Shown here: positions 48,878-57,074 of the stretch, piece after piece | How the letters are laid out: every line of letters begins with the position of its first letter | Numbering within the stretch: position 1 is the stretch's first letter | From: Dehalococcoidia bacterium | GTDB taxonomy: Bacteria > Chloroflexota > Dehalococcoidia > GIF9 > UBA5629 | Direction: 5' to 3' | Length of the DNA stretch: 64,000 nucleotides | Assembly (NCBI GenBank): GCA_050011565.1 | Contig: JBEKIW010000001.1 | Span: 480,001 to 544,000 of the forward strand | Made by a program: the position numbers and the translations under genes | Notes under the pieces: model-generated | Told to the model about the DNA's origin: nothing | Seen by the model: the letters and a program-made list of their open reading frames with translations, nothing else | Database searches by the model: none

Positions 48878-49171
48878 ATTGGCTGTTGAAAAACCGAGTA
48901 GTGGCCTGTCGGCAAGCAAGCAGCCATGGTAGTGGTTATCCCAGGATGGGACAAATCGGTATGATTGGTAGCCATAATTTAGAAAGAAACAGAGAATATA
49001 GCTAAGTGCCTGACAGGTTTCCTGTTGAAGGATAATACCCTTTCAATAGGCTAGCGTTGCTGATATGTGAGAGAGATGCGGTCATGACAAGCGGGTCAGG
49101 TGTGAGCTGGCCCGTGTTTCGAAATTACGCGTTTCTTACAGAAATAAAGAGAAAAGGAGGTCGAAAGGAAA

Positions 49172-50707
49172 ATGGAGTGTTATCCATGGTGGAACGAAAC
49201 TCAGAAGAAGCTTGCTGAAGAGGTAAAGGCGGTTACAGACGAAGTACTGATTCCGTTGGGTGAGAGATGTGCCTGGAAAAAGGAGTTTCCTTGGGAAGCG
49301 ATAAAGGAGATGGCTAGAAGGGGGTGGTTTGGGGCGCAAATCCCGGCCGAGTACGGGGGTCGGGCAGAGGAATGGGGAGTCACCGGTGCCTGCATCATAC
49401 TGGAGGAGACAGGACGGGCTGGTGAAATATCTTTACCCTTAGCATGTACCATGCAAGGTGGTATTCACCAGATTATTCACGATGGAACCGATGAGCAGAA
49501 GAAGCGATGGCTCCCAAGGATTGCTAAGGGAGAATTACTCGGTGCTATAACTATGACCGAGCCGTATGCTGGTTCAGACATAGCAGGTATAGAGACCACT
49601 GCTGCCAAGGATGGCGATTATTACATCGTCAATGGAAAGAAGAGATTCCAGACCTCGGCTGCAGCAGCAGATATATACATGACCTACGTAAAGACCAGCG
49701 ATAAAGCCGAGGATATAGCCAAATATTGTCACCTTACTGGTTTGATCATTGAGAAGGGGACACCTGGGTTCACGATCGAAAAGGTCAACGATCTCATGGG
49801 GATGGATGGAATATATAATTGCTACCTTAACTTCGACAATTCAGCGGTACCGGTAAAGAACAGAATAGGTGCAGAGGGTTCCGGCTGGCAAGTGATGACA
49901 AGTGGTCTGAACGTAGAGAGAACTCTCGACGCGGCTGCACCACTGGGTTCGATGCGAGAGGCGATTCGATACGCCGTGCAGCACTTACAACGGAGAGTCC
50001 AATTTGGTCAGCGGACGGGAGACATGGCAACAAATCAGTTTAAGGTTGCCGATATGATCTGGAAGCTGCAACTGTCAAGACTACTGACATATTATACGGC
50101 GTACTGCCTTGACCTTGGCAGAGAAGTACCATTGGAAGCAGCAATGGCAAAGATGTACATTACCGATAGCACCTTGCAAACTGCAATTGAAGCTATCCAG
50201 TGTATGGGAGGTAATGGAGTTACCCGGTACTATCCTGTCGAGAGGATTATGAGAGATGTAAAGCTAATGCAAATTGCTGCTGGCACCAACGAGGTGGCGA
50301 GACTTCTCATTTACAGGCAGGGGTTGAGGAGCCTGATGCCAGATTTGAAGGTTCCAGCCAGAGTTATAGACGATGCGCTTAAGGTGCCAATGCCTTTAGG
50401 AAAGGCACCGCCACCAAGGTTATGCTCAAGTGAAGATGATGTCATAAAAGTACTTGGAGAGGAATACCGGATTAATCCAGGGCTGCACATGACAATAGAG
50501 GACATCAAAGGGCTGTTGGCTGTGAACGATGAAGACCTTAAAAAACATCTAGTCAGTCTGGAAAAGAAGGGGTTGGTCAGCCTATATCGGGATAGACGTG
50601 GCACAATCGCCTTAGCTAGGGCAACCTATAAAGGATTAGCTCAGGCAAATCCCCCAGAGTATTACAAATACATCCCAGAATGGGTTGCTAAGAAGGACAT
50701 ATTCTAA
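49172..50707 (+). CDS. Acyl-CoA dehydrogenase with ~120-aa C-terminal extension
   Basis: TEPYAGSD, NGKK.F, R.QFG, GGNG and GTNE motifs, plus an extra winged-helix-like tail. Confidence 0.88.
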   Translation: MECYPWWNETQKKLAEEVKAVTDEVLIPLGERCAWKKEFPWEAIKEMARRGWFGAQIPAEYGGRAEEWGVTGACIILEETGRAGEISLPLACTMQGGIHQIIHDGTDEQKKRWLPRIAKGELLGAITMTEPYAGSDIAGIETTAAKDGDYYIVNGKKRFQTSAAAADIYMTYVKTSDKAEDIAKYCHLTGLIIEKGTPGFTIEKVNDLMGMDGIYNCYLNFDNSAVPVKNRIGAEGSGWQVMTSGLNVERTLDAAAPLGSMREAIRYAVQHLQRRVQFGQRTGDMATNQFKVADMIWKLQLSRLLTYYTAYCLDLGREVPLEAAMAKMYITDSTLQTAIEAIQCMGGNGVTRYYPVERIMRDVKLMQIAAGTNEVARLLIYRQGLRSLMPDLKVPARVIDDALKVPMPLGKAPPPRLCSSEDDVIKVLGEEYRINPGLHMTIEDIKGLLAVNDEDLKKHLVSLEKKGLVSLYRDRRGTIALARATYKGLAQANPPEYYKYIPEWVAKKDIF

Positions 50708-50984
50708 GTTAATCTCAGTAAAGTATGCCTGGTCAGGTTGAAAATACAGCCTTTTCCTGTAAGTGATATATCCTAAGGAAGTTCGGGAACTCTCCATGCT
50801 GCTCAATAATCAATTGATACAGAACGGGAGCGAGCACTGGTTCCGATCGACCACCTAGTGACCTATCGGCAGGCACTGGAGGGAAAACTGGCCGTAATGT
50901 TCATTAAGAGTTGAATTGAGTATTATTCACGAGGCGCGACTGCAATTCTAAATCGTACCAATTCTGTTTCAAGGAGATATTAAC

Positions 50985-52166
50985 ATGAAAGGTGCACTAG
51001 CAGGTGTTACGGTTCTAGATCTCACTCAAGTTCTGAATGGACCTTTTGCGACAACAATGCTTGCCGATCTGGGAGCCGAGGTCATCAAAGTTGAACCTCC
51101 TGAAGGAGAAGTGGCAAGAGCCGCCCCTCCCAAGATTGGAAATGAGTCCTACCCATTTATGCAACTTAATCGCAACAAGAAAAGTGTCACCCTGAACCTC
51201 AGAAGCAAGCAAGGGAAGGAAATCTTCAACAGACTGGCAAGAAAAGCGGATGTGATAGTTAACAACTTCTCACCGGGAACAATGGACAAGATGGGGCTCA
51301 GCTATCAAGAGTTGAAAAGAATAAATCCTCAAATTATCTATGCGTCCAGTTCTGGATTCGGGCAGAATGGGCCTTACTCTTCGCGAAGAGCCTACGATCC
51401 AGTGATCCAAGCTGCTTCAGGTATAATGAGCCTTACCGGCTATCCAGATGATCAGCCCACTAAGGTTGGGCCCAGCATTACTGATTTCATGGGTGGCATG
51501 ATGACCGCTTTGGCTATTGTATCTGCGCTGTATTATCGAAAGGAAACTGGGAAAGGTCAGGAAATAGATATCTCAATGCATGATATTGCATGCAGCATAA
51601 CCCTAGAGTTTTGGGCAGATTATCTTGTAGGCGTCAAGGTCCCACGGCGAGTAGGAAATGAGGATCCTAACGTGGCACCGGCCAACGGCTATGCTGCTCG
51701 GGATGGATACGTGATGATTTTTGCAGGTTTCGATCATGAGTGGGCCAGGCTAGCGAAAACTATGGGAAAAGAAGAGCTAGTCGACGACCCGAGATTCTCG
51801 AGTGCAGAAGCTAGAGTGCGACACCGAAAAGAAGTAGATGCCATAGTGGCGGGATGGGTAGCAAGCAAATCTGTCGAAGAACTACTGAGTGAGCTTGATA
51901 ATGCAAAGGTGGTCTCTGGGCCAGTTCTTAACCTTGAGCAGGTGCTTGACGACCCTCATGTCCGGTATCGTGGAATTATGTCTGAAATTGACCACCCTGC
52001 CGCGGGTAAAGTGAAGGTACTTGGCCCATTGATGAAGTTTTCGCGGTCGCCAGCAGAAATAAGGTCTCCAGCTCCTCTTTTGGGGCAGCACAATGCAGAG
52101 ATTCTTAACGAGCTAGGCTATAGTACTCAGGAGATCGTGGAGCTTCGAAAAAGCGAAGTAATCTAA
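50985..52166 (+). CDS. Family III CoA-transferase (CaiB/BaiF)
   Basis: GPFAT..LADLGAEVIKVEP, NRNKKS, SGFGQ.GP, YD and APLLGQH motifs. Confidence 0.92.
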   Translation: MKGALAGVTVLDLTQVLNGPFATTMLADLGAEVIKVEPPEGEVARAAPPKIGNESYPFMQLNRNKKSVTLNLRSKQGKEIFNRLARKADVIVNNFSPGTMDKMGLSYQELKRINPQIIYASSSGFGQNGPYSSRRAYDPVIQAASGIMSLTGYPDDQPTKVGPSITDFMGGMMTALAIVSALYYRKETGKGQEIDISMHDIACSITLEFWADYLVGVKVPRRVGNEDPNVAPANGYAARDGYVMIFAGFDHEWARLAKTMGKEELVDDPRFSSAEARVRHRKEVDAIVAGWVASKSVEELLSELDNAKVVSGPVLNLEQVLDDPHVRYRGIMSEIDHPAAGKVKVLGPLMKFSRSPAEIRSPAPLLGQHNAEILNELGYSTQEIVELRKSEVI

Positions 52167-52690
52167 AAATCTGCCATTCGATTGTCCGAAGGGTATTGCT
52201 TGTTTGTGAGGATTTATTTGGGTTCGGTAGGGAAGGAAATCTCGAAATGCAACTCGACTTCAATGATACTCTTACCATCGGCGAAGAAGTCAATAATGTC
52301 CCCCCTAATTCCTCGTGAGCATTTTCCCCAAACGGTACTCGACGTTTCCACGAAGAATTGAAATCGAACTACGGCTATAACCACTCGAGTTAAGAAAAGA
52401 GCTTGTAACGAGAGAATAAAGTATTGTGACTTCGCCTAGGTTACGGAGTTGCTCACTAGTTTTGGCTATGGCCATTGTTGATTTTTCTGTAACAATATGC
52501 CGTGTGGCCAACATTCGCCTGATTTGTTACCTATGTTGCACGTTCAGCTAAAATGGGGAACTTGAAACAACCACCCAGCCTATTCGTATCAACAGCCGGC
52601 CAGTTTCATTAGAACTCATCGACTTGACAGGTGTTCGACCGAGGCCCAGGCATAGCTCAGTTTTAAGCTCCAGAATAAATTGGTTTCTAT

Positions 52691-53581
52691 TTAGTCCTCC
52701 GGTTCGGCCAAATCTACCCAGCGGTCACCCAACATTAAATCCTGTTTACTTCTATGAGGATGAGCTAACCCCTCTGAACTCTTATACTCCCGGAAGTGAT
52801 GCTCGCGCTTGTCACTTAACTCAATACCGACTGTTTCCCCCGTCGGCACACGTCGGGTAAGTTGCTTTACTTCGGCAACTTTATTCTCAAGCTCAGATAA
52901 CATATGTTCGAGCGAAACTAATTTGGTATTTACCTGATTAATTGAAGTCCGATCACTTCGGACTGACTCCCGGATATGGTTCACAGTTGTCGATAGCTCA
53001 TATAACTCGTTAGCTGTAGCCGTTGCTTTTCCTTCTATTTTCGAGAGATGATCCTTACATGATTCGCCGTTCTCGTGTATACCAGCAGCTAGCATTTTAT
53101 ATGTATTCGATGTCTCATTCTGAAGCGACTTAAATTTTCCAGTAAGCTCGGCTACCATAGTACCCAGCGCCTCTCGAGAAACGTATCCGGATTCCAGTTG
53201 CTCAGTCAGTTTACCGAGCTGCTCACTAAACTGGCTCAGCTGCTGGGTAAGCTCAGCGACCTGCTCAGCTTGCTCAGCTGCTCGCTCACTTACGCTTGCC
53301 AGTCGCCGGGTAAGTGGTACTTCGGTATAACCAGACTGGACATCCAGATCAGAGTCCCTCAGTCCAATAGCTTGCTCTAGCCTTGCTAACCTTTGCTCCA
53401 GGCCACCGAGCCCATGCTGAGCAGGTGGTGGGAACCCAAGGCTGAAGCCTGGGGATTGCTCAGCAAGCTGAGCTGCTGGTTCCTTGGAGCGGTCACCGTT
53501 ATTGGAATGAACAAACTGATTGTGTCCAGCCAAACCCTGCGTATTCTTAAATTCTTTCTTACAGATCGTACAGGTAACCAT
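52691..53581 (-). CDS. C2H2 zinc-finger + long coiled-coil protein
   Basis: CTICKKEFKNTQGLAGHNQFVH, heptad-rich middle; SD AAGGAGGT. Confidence 0.75.
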   Translation of the reverse strand: MVTCTICKKEFKNTQGLAGHNQFVHSNNGDRSKEPAAQLAEQSPGFSLGFPPPAQHGLGGLEQRLARLEQAIGLRDSDLDVQSGYTEVPLTRRLASVSERAAEQAEQVAELTQQLSQFSEQLGKLTEQLESGYVSREALGTMVAELTGKFKSLQNETSNTYKMLAAGIHENGESCKDHLSKIEGKATATANELYELSTTVNHIRESVRSDRTSINQVNTKLVSLEHMLSELENKVAEVKQLTRRVPTGETVGIELSDKREHHFREYKSSEGLAHPHRSKQDLMLGDRWVDLAEPED

Positions 53582-53723
53582 GATTAACCTCCTTTTCAGA
53601 TGATCATTTTGGCAACAAAGACTAATAGATAGAACAATAGATTAACTGGATATCAAGGTAAGTTCGAAAAAGGTAACAGTATTCGGTTTTGCAGTAAGAC
53701 CGCTATAGCCACCAACCACAGTT

Positions 53724-53795
53724 AAGTCGAGGATCAAGTCCAAGTCCAAATCAAAGCCCAAATTGAAGTCAAAACAAAAGTCGAAACCAAAGTAA
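53724..53795. repeat. Degenerate 6-bp periodic tract (12 units)
   Basis: AAGTCG AGGATC AAGTCC AAGTCC AAATCA AAGCCC AAATTG AAGTCA AAACAA AAGTCG AAACCA AAGTAA. Confidence 0.6.
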
Positions 53796-53816
53796 AATTT
53801 GCACATGTTGAGAAAG

Positions 53817-54056
53817 TCAGCAAAATGGGCACCTGGTTGGTGGCGAGGCAACACTTGCCGTTATATGTATTTTCCCATGTGTCTCGCATTTGATTGCATA
53901 GCCGATTCGGCCCGTGGTGATACCGCCATTTACACTAGTATTCTCCTTAGTATTCTTTACGGGTCTTGTCTCTGCATCTTTACGGCCGCAATTCGGACAT
54001 TTCGACAAATCCGGCGGGATAGTACAACCGCACTCAGGACATTTCATGTTTGACAT
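53817..54056 (-). CDS. Small double zinc-ribbon protein
   Basis: CPEC..CPNC and CETH..CPFC motifs; SD AAGGAGGT. Confidence 0.7.
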   Translation of the reverse strand: MSNMKCPECGCTIPPDLSKCPNCGRKDAETRPVKNTKENTSVNGGITTGRIGYAIKCETHGKIHITASVASPPTRCPFC

Positions 54057-54221
54057 TTTGACCTCCTTCTAACCTTTGCGAAATAGAAATCAGAGGAACT
54101 GAGTGGTCTTTCTTGACAGATCTGTTTTGTCTCCATGTTCTTCCATGAGCCATATTTATCCCGTCTATCGGAGGACTTCCTGTGCTGCACATAACATGTC
54201 AAAGAGTCCACGTTATCCATG

Positions 54222-54362
54222 TCAGGGACGTTCAGGTCCTCGCTCTTGATCACAAGCATGTTTCGCCAGCAGTCGCTTGGCGATCAGTTTTGCCAAAATC
54301 CTCAAGCCTTGTAACTTTGGCTGTTCACTAACATCGCCGATCTCATACTCGGAGTTTGACAT
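54222..54362 (-). CDS. Small hypothetical protein (46 aa), not in ORF track
   Basis: MSNSEYEIGDVSEQPKLQGLRILAKLIAKRLLAKHACDQERGPERP; first ORF behind the leftward promoter, with an amphipathic basic helix. Confidence 0.5.
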   Translation of the reverse strand: MSNSEYEIGDVSEQPKLQGLRILAKLIAKRLLAKHACDQERGPERP

Positions 54363-54385
54363 GGCCGAAATCACCCGATATCGCC

Positions 54386-54478
54386 AAAGTAGCATCTTGT
54401 CAGACAGTTGTCAAGTGATATCATGCCTAAATAATACATCCCACAGCACTTGACAACATATGGTAACTATGCTATTAT
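54386..54478. promoter_or_regulatory. Back-to-back symmetric sigma70 promoters of the integration module
   Basis: Rightward TTGACA(54450)-17-TATTAT and leftward TTGACA(54414)-17-TACTTT, both TG-extended. The -35 boxes sit in a perfect 11-bp inverted repeat. Confidence 0.7.
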
Positions 54479-54518
54479 TTCAGCAGCAAATACCATTTTG
54501 AACCTGAGGAGGATGAAC

Positions 54519-55343
54519 ATGGTCAAACGCACCAAAAAACCACCGGTCCCACCCGAGAAGGCCAGGGAGTGGCTGCGGCGCCTTGAAGATAGAGGGGAAT
54601 CTGTGCCGCAGATTGCCAAAACGGATTACTACGATGTCAGGACGGTGCGGAAGCAGGTGGAAAAAGCTAGAGAGGAACGGGACCGACGGCAGTCAAGGCA
54701 GATGGTGCTGCGGGAGGCGCTGGAAATGCACTATGCTGATCTTTGCTCCTTGGCCGAGAAGATAAGGGCCGATCTGATAAGAAATACCCCTTCAAGTCTG
54801 TCGCTGTCACTGAGAGATGATCCGCTATATGAGGCTCTCAAGAAGCATGTGCCCAAACTGCGCGTCTGGAAAAACATTGAGCGGTTGGGGACCATGGAAG
54901 TTGAGTTTCGCGAGGTCGCAACGAACTTAAGACAGCGTATTGCCGCTGAAGCGGGAGAGAGTCTATCGCTGCCAGTTGGCGTAGAACCAGGTAAATCGGG
55001 ACTTGATGAGGATTTCGTCAAGGCAATGCTATCCCACCTAGTGAATAAGGCAAGTCGCGGGCAGGGCCTTGATGACCAGGCTTACAAGACCGTCCCCACA
55101 GATTCGGGAATACGGCTGGAGCGCGGCGTTTTTCTCATAGCGCTGGCACCAAAGGTACGGGTCAAAAAGATACAAACTACGTTTGACAGGATGATGGTCG
55201 AGGCACTGGCATGGGAGGAATATCTCCACATGTCCGGGATTGTGTCCGAGTTCTACCAGATCCTGTCCAAGGTGAAAGATGAGCTCACTAAAATAATTCT
55301 GACGCGGGTGGTACCAGGGAGGTGTGATTACTGTCCGATTTAA
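54519..55343 (+). CDS. Integrase-associated hypothetical protein with N-terminal HTH-like region
   Basis: GESVPQIAK....DVRTVRK HTH-like segment and C-terminal GRCDYCP; SD GAGGAGG; co-oriented upstream of the integrase. Confidence 0.7.
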   Translation: MVKRTKKPPVPPEKAREWLRRLEDRGESVPQIAKTDYYDVRTVRKQVEKAREERDRRQSRQMVLREALEMHYADLCSLAEKIRADLIRNTPSSLSLSLRDDPLYEALKKHVPKLRVWKNIERLGTMEVEFREVATNLRQRIAAEAGESLSLPVGVEPGKSGLDEDFVKAMLSHLVNKASRGQGLDDQAYKTVPTDSGIRLERGVFLIALAPKVRVKKIQTTFDRMMVEALAWEEYLHMSGIVSEFYQILSKVKDELTKIILTRVVPGRCDYCPI

Positions 55344-55401
55344 CAGGGAATGCGGACTACGTGGTATCGTGAGACAATAATCCATTGCTCGGAGGCATGT
55401 C

Positions 55402-56991
55402 ATGAAAGCAGCAATCTACGCTCGAGTGTCATCGGAGAAGCAGGATATCGAACTCTCAATATCAGCGCAGCTGAAAGCGTTACGCGAATACGCGGCGCGA
55501 AACGGTTACGTTGTGGTAAGAGAATTTGTAGACGAGGCGGAGAGCGGCAAGACTTCATCCCGTCCTCAATTTATGGAAATGATTGCCACTGCCAAACGTT
55601 CTTCAAAACCTTTCGATGTCATACTCGTCTGGAAGTATTCCCGCTTTGCTCGTAACCGACAGGATTCTATTGTGTTTAAGACGATGTTGCGAAAGATGGG
55701 AGTCCAGGTGATATCGATCAACGAGCCGGTTGAAGATACGCCAACCGGCAAGCTTACTGAAGCAATCATAGAGAGCTTGGACGAATTCTACTCGGCGAAC
55801 CTGGGCGAAGAGGTTACTCGTGGTATGAGGGAAAGCGCCTCACGAGGGTTCTACATCGCCAGCTACACCCCGTATGGATATAGGCGAATAAGAGTAAGGG
55901 ATGGTGGTAAGGAGAGACCAAAGCTGGAACCTGAACCGCATGAGGCTGAAGTTGTAGTTAGAATGTTCAGGGAAGCCCAAGACGGAAAAGGTCTAAAAGA
56001 AATCCTCAAAGGTCTGAACACAGAAGGTATCAAAGCACCCAGAGGTAAAGGATGGATAAAAACCACTCTTTATCACATACTCTGCAACGAGGCTTATACT
56101 GGCTGCCTGGTCTGGGGCAGAAATAACATCAGGAAATTACCTACCATCCGTGTGGAAAGCGCCTGGCCAGCGATAATCGATAAAGATGCTTTCTTACAGG
56201 TGCAAAGCATACTTAAAAGTCGAGCACCGGCATATCTTCACCCCAAACGAACCGCCAGCAGTTTTCTACTTAGTGGAATCGCTAAATGTGGCTATTGCGG
56301 TAAAGCTCTCGTCGGCAACAACGCCAAGAGTGGAAGATTCAGCTATTACGTCTGCGGAAGCTTGCTCAAGAAGGGATCAGGCGCTTGTAACACCAGATAT
56401 ATCAACAGCAAGGATTTTGAGACACTAGTGATTGACAAAATAAGGGAACATATCTTGACTGAAGACAATTTGCGAGAACTCGTACGTCTGGTAAATGAAG
56501 AGATGGATTCTCTATCTACAGAATATAGGGCAAATCTTGACACCGTTAACTGCGAGATTATGGATGTCGATAAACGTCTGGACAGATTGTACGATGCGAT
56601 CGAGACCGGAAGATTAGAAGACACAGACATAGCACCACGTATAAAACAACTCAGGGAACGCCGAGATAACCTACAAAATAGAAGGTGGGAGCTTGAGTGG
56701 CAGTTAAAGGACCGGAAAGTCGAGCTTGCCGATCTACAAACCGTAAAGCGCTACGTCGATGATCTTAGAAGCCTACTAAGCGACGGTTCTATCATTGAAA
56801 GAAAGTCGTTTATCAAGAGCTTTGTCAAAGAGGTTAAAGTCACAGGGAACCAGGCATGCCTCACCTATACAATTCCAATTTCAAAGGGAGGCACGACGCA
56901 GGAACAGATCGCGGTTCTGCCTACTGTACAACATGGTGGGCCATTGTGGACTCGAACCACAGACCCCGGTCTTATCAGGACCGTGCTCTAA
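55402..56991 (+). CDS. Large serine recombinase (integrase)
   Basis: YARVSS, SRFARN, PYGY, CGYCG...YYVC zinc ribbon and coiled coil. The last codons run antisense through tRNA-Ile. Confidence 0.95.
   Translation: MKAAIYARVSSEKQDIELSISAQLKALREYAARNGYVVVREFVDEAESGKTSSRPQFMEMIATAKRSSKPFDVILVWKYSRFARNRQDSIVFKTMLRKMGVQVISINEPVEDTPTGKLTEAIIESLDEFYSANLGEEVTRGMRESASRGFYIASYTPYGYRRIRVRDGGKERPKLEPEPHEAEVVVRMFREAQDGKGLKEILKGLNTEGIKAPRGKGWIKTTLYHILCNEAYTGCLVWGRNNIRKLPTIRVESAWPAIIDKDAFLQVQSILKSRAPAYLHPKRTASSFLLSGIAKCGYCGKALVGNNAKSGRFSYYVCGSLLKKGSGACNTRYINSKDFETLVIDKIREHILTEDNLRELVRLVNEEMDSLSTEYRANLDTVNCEIMDVDKRLDRLYDAIETGRLEDTDIAPRIKQLRERRDNLQNRRWELEWQLKDRKVELADLQTVKRYVDDLRSLLSDGSIIERKSFIKSFVKEVKVTGNQACLTYTIPISKGGTTQEQIAVLPTVQHGGPLWTRTTDPGLIRTVL
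56914..56942. repeat. tRNA-proximal attachment site
   Basis: Arm GTTCTGCCTACTGTACA plus core ATGGTGGGCC overlapping the tRNA CCA end. Confidence 0.88.
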
Positions 56992-57010
56992 CCAACTGAG
57001 CTAATGGCCC
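56934..57010 (-). tRNA. tRNA-Ile(GAT)
   Basis: GGGCCATTAGCTCAGTTGGTTAGAGCACGGTCCTGATAAGACCGGGGTCTGTGGTTCGAGTCCACAATGGCCCACCA folds into a full cloverleaf with encoded CCA. Confidence 0.97.
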
Positions 57011-57074
57011 CGGCAAAAAGTATAACTTTTGCGCTGAGATAGTGTCAAGGTTGTTTTGGTGCTCCTTGAAACCG

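Larger units (their letters stand above)
17820..56942. mobile_element. ~39 kb serine-integrase genomic island integrated at the 3' end of tRNA-Ile(GAT)
   Basis: 10-bp direct repeats at both ends; joining the ends rebuilds a symmetric attP. The large serine recombinase abuts the tRNA, and the cargo is defence and catabolic genes. Confidence 0.85.

Noticed and set aside
52167-52690. Short ORFs between the catabolic cluster and the integration module
   Set aside because: Several short frames without SD or motifs; a decayed gene cannot be identified.
17820-56942. Prophage or conjugative element
   Set aside because: No structural, terminase, relaxase or T4SS genes are recognisable.
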